Shown piece after piece: positions 56,930 through 64,000 of a stretch of DNA of 64,000 nt. The first letter of the stretch is position 1, and the number at the start of each line of letters is the position of its first letter. Location: contig CAXXMD010000003.1 of the NCBI GenBank assembly GCA_963675755.2, positions 1,632,001-1,696,000 of the forward strand. The letters are read 5' to 3'. The position numbers and the translations under genes are program-made. The notes under the pieces are model-generated. The model did no database searches and was not told where the DNA came from. It saw only the letters and a list, made by a program, of their open reading frames with translations. This DNA comes from a bacterium (lineage in GTDB: Bacteria > Zhuqueibacterota > Zhuqueibacteria > Residuimicrobiales > Krinioviventaceae).

Positions 56930-57718
56930 TTAAAAAGATAATTCTGTCAGAATATCAATCACTCCCGTAACTGTAGATTCAAGAGCATTTCGTATTGTTT
57001 TCAATTGTATATTATCAATTTCGCCTGTCCACTCGTTCATAAAGAATTTTTTAAATTCAATAGACAATACACAAGCCGAATCAGGAAAGTTTTCATGACT
57101 CCAGCGAGCGAAATGCCCCCCCTTAAATTTTATATTCTCACGCACATCAAGATTTCTTCCTAAATAATCATATGATTTTAAATCATAAATAAATCGGTCA
57201 ATGATTGATGACCATTTTTTACGCTCCATAGTACCTGTCCCAATATTTACTTCTGGATTATATGCAGGATCAGCGGCAGATTTATCCATTCCATCTCTAT
57301 AATGATTATAGGAGTGGAGATCATACACAACAAATTTTTTATATCGGTGCTGCATTTCGTTGAAAAGATGAAAAATTGTTTTGTAAAAGTCATCATAGAT
57401 CCGCAGTGATTTATTTATTTGATCTTGGGAAGGTTTTTCTCCCCAGACGTTTAATCCCCAGGAATCCTCGGGCTCCAGATATACAGCCTTATGACGAGGA
57501 CGATTTAAATCAAGCTCAAAACGGGAATGTGATGCGATTATTTGTGTTTCAGCAATTTTTGTAAAAAAAGATGTGTAAGGATCTTCTTCCCGCTGACGAT
57601 CTTTCTCATTCAATACCATCAACTCAACAAGTTCTTTTCGAATATCATGTCCGTCATGAATTGCAGCAGCAACAAACGGTTTGCTTCCCACGGTTATGTT
57701 CCAATAAGCAGTATTAAT
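56930..57718 (-). CDS. N-formylglutamate amidohydrolase family Zn hydrolase
   Basis: 'AIHDGH', 'REEDPYT', 'SRFELDLNR', 'DLHSYNH', 'NIGTG', 'F.GG' and 'IEFKKFFM'. Likely start is ATT at 57718 after AGGAGG (the track uses GTG at 57691). Confidence 0.87.
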   Translation of the reverse strand: MNTAYWNITVGSKPFVAAAIHDGHDIRKELVELMVLNEKDRQREEDPYTSFFTKIAETQIIASHSRFELDLNRPRHKAVYLEPEDSWGLNVWGEKPSQDQINKSLRIYDDFYKTIFHLFNEMQHRYKKFVVYDLHSYNHYRDGMDKSAADPAYNPEVNIGTGTMERKKWSSIIDRFIYDLKSYDYLGRNLDVRENIKFKGGHFARWSHENFPDSACVLSIEFKKFFMNEWTGEIDNIQLKTIRNALESTVTGVIDILTELSF

Positions 57719-58040
57719 TAGTTACCTCCTAATTCCAAAACGAAAACATAAAGTCCCCCATTACTACAATTTTCCAGGAACGTGAAAAATTTTCAAGAAA
57801 AAGTGTAATAAATAGTATTTGAAAAGCAGACCTGACTCATCTTTCAGCCTCATAAAAACTGGCAATACTATATAAATTATTTAAGGATTTATTTTTCGAC
57901 AAGAGATTTTTTGAAAGCATGCATATCTGAAAAAAATCTATACCGTTTTTCTTTAGAATAACAACACTGTTGAAGCAATTATTCAACAAAACATAATATT
58001 CAAGATAACATTTCTAATACTACCAGGATTTAATTAACAA

Positions 58041-60206
58041 TCAGACCAGTGCGTTTTCCTGTCCCGAGTCTTTGACGAAAATACAGGAGGAGCGGGTGGT
58101 CTCTTCGATCTGCCTGATAAATTCAAAAGATTTTGTGTTTTCTGCCAGTCCGAATATATTGATGTCTCCACGGGGAGCGGTTTTCAGGGCTTCGGAGAAC
58201 GGACCGGGCAGCACATAAAAATCGGTCAGTGAAGGCAGGCGCACCTGATCATTCAGGTTTTGCAGAAATTCCTGTAATCGTTTTTCTTCTTTTGGGTTTT
58301 CCGTAACGGTGATCAGATTGATCTTTCCTTCCCAGTTCATTTGTAATTGCAGTGTAATGAGCATTGCCAGGTGCCAGTTTGGACTTTTGTCCCGCAGCCA
58401 GAGATTGATGGTCTGCTGCATACCAAACGCCGTACGCGGATGTTGTCTCAAAATCACCACGCCCAGTATATATTTTTCAGCCTGATTGACCAGTTGTTCA
58501 ATGATATTGTCTTTACGATTGTCATCCCCAATGGTTAAAAACAGAATGTTGGGCCGGAAGGAACTGCCCTTTAAGGTCTGAATAACCAGTTTAGCACCAT
58601 GAATAAAATCATTGTCCTCAAGTACTACCGAGTTTACGAGAACGCCCTGATCCTCTATGGGTGCGAGTAGTTCTTTTAAAGCGGATTGTGATTGTTCGGT
58701 ATTGTTGTCTTTGACGCTGAAAGCAAAGATACTGCCTGAAGGATAAATAATATTCCGGATGAACAATAGAGAGCCAGACCACAATTCCGGATTTTCAAGG
58801 GGTAGCAGAAAATCGGGTTTCCAGGTAATCTGGTGTCTCGGGTATTTAGCAGACAATCGGGATGCCCGTTCAGCCAGTACCAGAAACATACCACCGCGAA
58901 TATCGCCCCAGTCTGCTTTGAGTTCGATTTTGGTCAGCCATACATACAGTGCAACGATGGTAATAATTGCAATAAAGCTAAAGACAGGGTCTATCAGAAA
59001 CATGATAACCACACAGCTTATACCCCCGAAAAAGGATACAAAGCGAGGTATTTTAAATGTAGGCCGAAAGCTGATGATTTTCATACTCTGTTCAATAAAG
59101 ACCACCAGGTTAATCATGCCATAGGTGATGAGAAAAAACATGGTAATGAGAGATGCTAAAAAGTCCAGGTTACCAAAGATCAAGGCTGTTTCTATCATGA
59201 TACCGGTAAAAATGATTGCATTACGGGGTTCGTTGGTTTTGGATTTAACGGCAAAAAACGAATGAAATGGCAGTGTTTTTTGTTCTGCAAGGGCCTGCAT
59301 AACCCGCGGGGCGCCAATCATGCTGCCCAGAGCTGAAGATAAAGTGGCTCCCATAATACCGGCTATAACCAAGGGACCCCAAAAGGCCTTTTCTACCATA
59401 ATCATTTGATTGCCGCGCAATTCATCTACAGTAGCAATTCTGCTTAAAACATAGGCAATACCAATATAGACCACCATGGTAACCAGGATAGAGCTGATAG
59501 TACCGAGGGGGATTGATCTTCGGGGTTGTTCAAGATCACCGGACATGTTTGCGCCGGCCATAATACCTGTAACAGCCGGAAAGAATATAGCAAACACCTG
59601 CCAGAAACTGGCATCTTTGAAACTGCCAATAAGAACGGTGCTGGATACCGGTGCCGCGGGAGTAGCGAAAAATGATAATAGCGAAAGACCCATAATCAGC
59701 ATGATCAGGTATTGCACCCGGATTGCGAAATGCGCGCTGATGTACGAGATTGTGATCAGGCACATCCAGGCCAGACTGGAGATTAAAACAGGGGGATGTG
59801 TAGGAAAGATCAGGAGCCAGGCTTCTGTGAAACCGATAATATACAATGCCGCGGATAAGGTCTGTGCGATATACAGGGGAATGCCAATACTGCCGCCGGC
59901 TTCAAGACCCAATGATTTTGAAATTATGGAATACGCACCGCCTGCACCAATTTTGATGTTGGTGGTGATAGACGCCATAGAGAGTCCCGTACAGATTGTT
60001 ACGGTTTTGGCAAGAAGGATAATAACAACCGCTCCCATAAATCCTGCGTTACCTACAACCCATCCCAGGCGCAGGTACATAATAACGCCAAGGATTGTCA
60101 ACACATCGGGAGTGAAAACACCGCTAAAGGTGCCAAATTTTTTCACATGGGTGGTGGTATCAACCGTTTTGTTTTTTCTCATCAAATCGGACAACTGTGC
60201 AGGCAT
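58041..60206 (-). CDS. SLC12/cation-chloride-cotransporter-like APC permease
   Basis: 'FGTFSGVFTP..LTILGVIMYLR.GW', 'GGAY..ISKSLG.E.GGSIG' and 'FFPAVTG.MAG.NMSGDL'; soluble C-terminal domain starting 'WKP'. Confidence 0.88.
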   Translation of the reverse strand: MPAQLSDLMRKNKTVDTTTHVKKFGTFSGVFTPDVLTILGVIMYLRLGWVVGNAGFMGAVVIILLAKTVTICTGLSMASITTNIKIGAGGAYSIISKSLGLEAGGSIGIPLYIAQTLSAALYIIGFTEAWLLIFPTHPPVLISSLAWMCLITISYISAHFAIRVQYLIMLIMGLSLLSFFATPAAPVSSTVLIGSFKDASFWQVFAIFFPAVTGIMAGANMSGDLEQPRRSIPLGTISSILVTMVVYIGIAYVLSRIATVDELRGNQMIMVEKAFWGPLVIAGIMGATLSSALGSMIGAPRVMQALAEQKTLPFHSFFAVKSKTNEPRNAIIFTGIMIETALIFGNLDFLASLITMFFLITYGMINLVVFIEQSMKIISFRPTFKIPRFVSFFGGISCVVIMFLIDPVFSFIAIITIVALYVWLTKIELKADWGDIRGGMFLVLAERASRLSAKYPRHQITWKPDFLLPLENPELWSGSLLFIRNIIYPSGSIFAFSVKDNNTEQSQSALKELLAPIEDQGVLVNSVVLEDNDFIHGAKLVIQTLKGSSFRPNILFLTIGDDNRKDNIIEQLVNQAEKYILGVVILRQHPRTAFGMQQTINLWLRDKSPNWHLAMLITLQLQMNWEGKINLITVTENPKEEKRLQEFLQNLNDQVRLPSLTDFYVLPGPFSEALKTAPRGDINIFGLAENTKSFEFIRQIEETTRSSCIFVKDSGQENALV

Positions 60207-60350
60207 GTATTGTTTCCTTTTCTAAACGTTCAAAAAGGGTGGATGTAATTTAAAATAGAATTGATAATTTAAAATAGGGGATTCATAATTATTGTACAAC
60301 AAGAAAATACAAAATCTTTCAACAATCAATAAAGCCCTACCTTAAAACCC

Positions 60351-60379
60351 TTGATTTTGCCCCACAATCAACGTATATT
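60351..60379 (+). promoter_or_regulatory. Putative sigma70 promoter of tex
   Basis: TTGATT-N17-TATATT, upstream of SD GGAGG and GTG at 60425. Confidence 0.5.
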
Positions 60380-60424
60380 TACAGCCGCAATTCTATGTAA
60401 ACTGATTTACCGGAGGAAACACCC

Positions 60425-62590
60425 GTGGACGAGAAACAAATGTTTGCGCTCATTGCGCAAGAGCTCAATATATCCGTGAACCAGGTCCGTAATACCGTAG
60501 ACCTGCTGGACAATGACAATACCGTGCCCTTTATCGCCCGTTACCGTAAAGAGGTGACCGGCAGTCTGGATGAAGAGCAGATTCGGGATGTATGGGACCG
60601 TATTCGCTATTTGCGCAATCTGGAAGAACGTAAACAGACCGTGCTGAAAAGCATCGATGAGCAGGGCAAACTGACCCCCGAGCTGGCAGATAAAATCAAT
60701 GCCGCTGAAAAATTGCAGGAAGTAGAAGACCTGTACCTGCCTTATAAACCCAAACGCCGTACACGGGCCACCATAGCCAAAGAAAAGGGACTTGAACCGC
60801 TGGCAGAATTGATCCTGAAACAGGAAACTACAACCGGTACACCCGAAGAATATGCCGCAGCGTATATTAATGAAGAAAAAGAGGTGACCTCAGCGGATGA
60901 CGCACTACAAGGAGCGCGCGATATTGTTGCCGAAATCATTTCAGATAATGCCGAGGTCCGCAAGACCATCCGTGAGCGTACTTTTGAAAAAGGCGTGTTG
61001 GCCTCCGAAGCACGAAATATCAATGATGTGGGTGATTATGATGTATATAAAGAGTTTTCTGAGCCGGTAAAATCCATTCCCGAATACCGGGTACTGGCCA
61101 TCAACCGCGGAGAGCGGGAAAGCTTTCTGCGAGTTGAAGTAGAGGTGAACGAAAGTGAAATGATCTACGAGATTGAACAGGCTTTTGTCAGCAATCCTAA
61201 AAGCATCTTTACCGATGATCTTAAGGCCGCTATTGCAGATGCTTACGGCAGACTCATTTCTCCGGCAATCGAGCGCGAAGTGCGAGCGGCGTTGACAGAA
61301 AAAGCGGACGAGCATGCTATTGCTGTTTTCGCACGCAACCTCAAAGCCTTGCTCATGACACCACCCCTGCGTGACAAGATGATTGTGGGTATTGATCCCG
61401 GTTACCGTACCGGATGTAAAGTGGCAGTCATTGATGGTACCGGCAAATACCTGGAAGGCGAGACCATTTATCCTCATCCACCACAGAATCGTTGGATGCA
61501 GGCCAAAGATACAGTACGGACATTGATTGAAAAATACCATGCGGATATCGTTGCTATTGGTAACGGTACTGCGAGCCGTGAAACAGAAAAATTGGCAGCA
61601 GAGCTGATTGGAGAAATGGACCGTGAAGTATATTACACCATTGTAAATGAAGCGGGCGCATCTGTTTATTCTGCATCTCCGGTAGCGAAAAAAGAATTCC
61701 CCGAGCTGGAAGCATCCATGCGCGGGAATATATCCATTGCACGTCGGTTGCTTGATCCCATGTCTGAATTGGTGAAAATTGATCCCAAATCCATTGGCGT
61801 AGGACTCTATCAGCATGATGTAAACCAGGGACATCTTTCAGAAGCGTTGGACCAGGTTGTAGAATCCGCAGTGAACCAGGTGGGTGTAGATCTCAATACC
61901 GCTTCCGCGTCTTTGTTGAAATATGTTGCTGGTGTTAACAGTCGCGTTGCTGATAATATTGTAAAATACCGTGAAGAAAACGGCAGGTTTCACAGTCGTA
62001 TTGAGCTGAAAAAAGTCAAAGGATTGGGAGACAATGCGTTTGTTCAGTCGGCGGGATTTTTACGCATTCCGGAAAGCGATGTGTTTTTTGATCGTACTGC
62101 TGTTCACCCTGAATCTTATCCTGCTACGGAAAAGTTGCTTTCTGAATTGCAGGTGCCTGTAGAATCTATTCGTTCTGATGGTCAGGTCATTAAACTGAAA
62201 ATGAAATCGTCTAAAAAATCCATCAGAGATCTTGCAGAGGTTTGTGGCTGTGGTCCTGAAACGCTGAGCGATATTATTGACAGTCTCGAAAAGCCCAATC
62301 GGGATCCCCGTGACGATATGCCGAAACCCATTCTTCGCAACGATGTACTGAGTATGGACGATTTGTCCGAAGGCATGGTATTAAAAGGCACCGTGCGCAA
62401 TGTTGTGGATTTTGGAGCGTTTGTGGACATTGGCGTAAAACAGGATGGTCTGGTGCACCTCAGCCGCATGGCCAAACAGTTTGTGAAAAATCCATTGGAT
62501 ATTGTCAAGGTAGGTGATATTGTAGAAGTTAAGGTTATTACTATTGACAGAGAACGCGGACGTATCGGTCTCAGTATGGTGATGGACTGA
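60425..62590 (+). CDS. tex: Transcription accessory protein Tex
   Basis: 'TVPFIARYRKE', 'EDLYLPYK', 'DPGYRTGCK', 'IGVGLYQHD' and C-terminal S1 domain 'FGAFVDIG'. Confidence 0.96.
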   Translation: MDEKQMFALIAQELNISVNQVRNTVDLLDNDNTVPFIARYRKEVTGSLDEEQIRDVWDRIRYLRNLEERKQTVLKSIDEQGKLTPELADKINAAEKLQEVEDLYLPYKPKRRTRATIAKEKGLEPLAELILKQETTTGTPEEYAAAYINEEKEVTSADDALQGARDIVAEIISDNAEVRKTIRERTFEKGVLASEARNINDVGDYDVYKEFSEPVKSIPEYRVLAINRGERESFLRVEVEVNESEMIYEIEQAFVSNPKSIFTDDLKAAIADAYGRLISPAIEREVRAALTEKADEHAIAVFARNLKALLMTPPLRDKMIVGIDPGYRTGCKVAVIDGTGKYLEGETIYPHPPQNRWMQAKDTVRTLIEKYHADIVAIGNGTASRETEKLAAELIGEMDREVYYTIVNEAGASVYSASPVAKKEFPELEASMRGNISIARRLLDPMSELVKIDPKSIGVGLYQHDVNQGHLSEALDQVVESAVNQVGVDLNTASASLLKYVAGVNSRVADNIVKYREENGRFHSRIELKKVKGLGDNAFVQSAGFLRIPESDVFFDRTAVHPESYPATEKLLSELQVPVESIRSDGQVIKLKMKSSKKSIRDLAEVCGCGPETLSDIIDSLEKPNRDPRDDMPKPILRNDVLSMDDLSEGMVLKGTVRNVVDFGAFVDIGVKQDGLVHLSRMAKQFVKNPLDIVKVGDIVEVKVITIDRERGRIGLSMVMD

Positions 62591-62594
62591 TTTT

Positions 62595-63731
62595 ATGAAA
62601 GTTTGTGTATTTACAACCGTTCATCGTCCCTTTGATGTACGTGTATTTCATAAACAGGCCTGTTCACTTGCAAAAGCCGGACACCAGGTAACACTGCTGG
62701 CCCATGCCGATTTTGAGCAGGAAGAACGTTTTGGCGTAACGGTCAAGGGTGTGAAACGACCGACAAACCGGTTTTTCAGGTTGTTAAATGTGTTCCGTTT
62801 TGCGTCACTCTGCATCAAAGAAAAAGCGGATGTCTATCATTTTCATGACTTTGAATTGCTGCCCGTTGGCGTTTTCCTGAAATGGGTCACACGAAAAAAC
62901 GTAATCTATGATTGTCATGAGAATTTTCCCGAAGCGGTGTATGAGCGGGTTTGGTATCCCAACTGGCTCAAGCCCATGCTTTCACGCTTTATTGCATTTA
63001 TAGAACCGGCCATGGCAAAGAAACTGGATGCGGTGGTTTGCGTTGTACCTGACCAGCAAAAGCGATTTGATGACAAGGGCTGTAAAACCATCATGGTACG
63101 AAACCTGCCCAAACTGGACCAGTTTGATAAAGCTTTGGCAAAAAATCTGCCCCGACAAAACCGGTTAATTTATCTGGGTGGTCTTACAATCGTCCGGGGT
63201 GCCAGGGTTTTAGTGGACATGATTGCAGAGCTGCATAAAACCCATCCCGATGTAAAGCTGTTGCTGTTGGGACCATTCAATGAACCTCATGTTGAAACCG
63301 AGACTAAAGCCTATATACAGGAAAAGAATCTGGATACTGTTATAGAGCACATCAACTTTGTACCTCACGAAGAGGTGCCGGAATACCTGGTACAATCCCA
63401 AATTGGACTTATCCCCTGGCAAAAGAACCAGCAAATGCTGCGGATGATTTTTCCCAACAAAGTTTTCGAGTATATGGCTTGCGCGTTACCGGTAATTGCC
63501 AGTGACTTGCCCAGCCTGGTCAGGATATTCGGAGAATCCCAAAGTGGAGTAGTAGTCGGTTCGGATGATATAAAAGCTTATGCAGAGGCGGCGGCATCAT
63601 TACTGGATAATCCTGCAAAACTAACTGAAATGGGCGAGCAGGGAAGAGAATATTGTAAATCCACATACAATTGGGAGCTGGAAGCAGCCACGTTATTATC
63701 TTTTTATGAAACCTTAAAGCCGGCATCTTGA
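62595..63731 (+). CDS. Glycosyltransferase family 4
   Basis: 'TTVHRPFDVRVFHK', 'YHFHD', 'YDCHE' and 'PNKVFEYMA..LPVIASD'. Confidence 0.92.
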   Translation: MKVCVFTTVHRPFDVRVFHKQACSLAKAGHQVTLLAHADFEQEERFGVTVKGVKRPTNRFFRLLNVFRFASLCIKEKADVYHFHDFELLPVGVFLKWVTRKNVIYDCHENFPEAVYERVWYPNWLKPMLSRFIAFIEPAMAKKLDAVVCVVPDQQKRFDDKGCKTIMVRNLPKLDQFDKALAKNLPRQNRLIYLGGLTIVRGARVLVDMIAELHKTHPDVKLLLLGPFNEPHVETETKAYIQEKNLDTVIEHINFVPHEEVPEYLVQSQIGLIPWQKNQQMLRMIFPNKVFEYMACALPVIASDLPSLVRIFGESQSGVVVGSDDIKAYAEAAASLLDNPAKLTEMGEQGREYCKSTYNWELEAATLLSFYETLKPAS

Positions 63732-64000
63732 AATTAACCGTTTTACAACCCGCGTATTTTCCTTCTATAGACCAGATCGGCAAGCTATTGTCAGCGGATA
63801 AAGTGATTTGGGCGGACCCGTTTTATTTTCATAAACATGGCAATATTAACCGCACACGCATTAAAACCATTGCCGGTCCCAAGTGGTTGACCATTCCGGT
63901 TTTATCTCCCGGAATCAAGACACCTATTACAGAGGTGTTGATCGATAACCATGAAGACTGGCAGCAGCGGCATCGTCGTTCACTCGAACTGAATTATAAA
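63728..64000 (+). CDS. WbqC-family protein, 3'-partial (absent from the ORF track)
   Basis: TTG at 63728 overlaps the GT4 stop. Translates MKLTVLQPAYFPSIDQIGKLLSADKVIWAD...NRTRIKT..GPKWLTIPV, matching the WbqC N-terminal pattern. Confidence 0.8.
   Translation, partial: MKLTVLQPAYFPSIDQIGKLLSADKVIWADPFYFHKHGNINRTRIKTIAGPKWLTIPVLSPGIKTPITEVLIDNHEDWQQRHRRSLELNYK

Noticed and set aside
56930-57718. Calling the gene hutG
   Set aside because: No hutU/H/I/F genes are present, and the context points elsewhere.
59476-61834. Long antisense ORFs (59476-60225, 60941-61834; similarly 30606-31283 and 44926-45570)
   Set aside because: They lie opposite well-conserved genes and lack motifs; these are codon-bias shadows.

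Overview
A 64 kb, gene-dense bacterial chromosomal window of moderate-to-low GC, mostly + strand genes. I found no rRNA, tRNA, CRISPR array, integrase or transposase. Several secreted proteins end in 'NYPNPFNP...' T9SS-like/FlgD-Ig tails, and TonB-dependent receptors, DUF4249 lipoproteins and glnS are present. Together these suggest an FCB-superphylum organism such as candidate division KSB1 or Calditrichota (inference only). Housekeeping genes include a long-chain acyl-CoA ligase, LOG, rlmI, tsaA, yhbY, nnr, acpS, an ECF sigma, glnS and tex. Most notable: (1) an AT-rich three-gene operon (53.9-57.7 kb) encoding an N-formylglutamate-amidohydrolase-like Zn hydrolase with an apparent ATT start codon, a DUF1704/QEGLA (MATCAP-like) metallopeptidase with what looks like a dead copy of the same hydrolase fold, and a divergent GshB-like ATP-grasp ligase, next to an SLC12-like transporter; this is a candidate reversible amino-acid ligation/removal system. 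(2) A surface-protein locus (2.8-8.9 kb) with a duplicated ~80 bp leader resembling an ECF promoter, tandem lipoproteins with conserved N-termini and divergent AT-rich C-termini, and a compositionally mosaic TonB receptor. (3) A palindrome-packed 675 bp intergenic region. (4) Two perfect inverted DnaA boxes. (5) An ErcA/ErcS-like sensing pair and a Tat-signal DegT aminotransferase. All family assignments are from motif recognition by eye, not from database searches.
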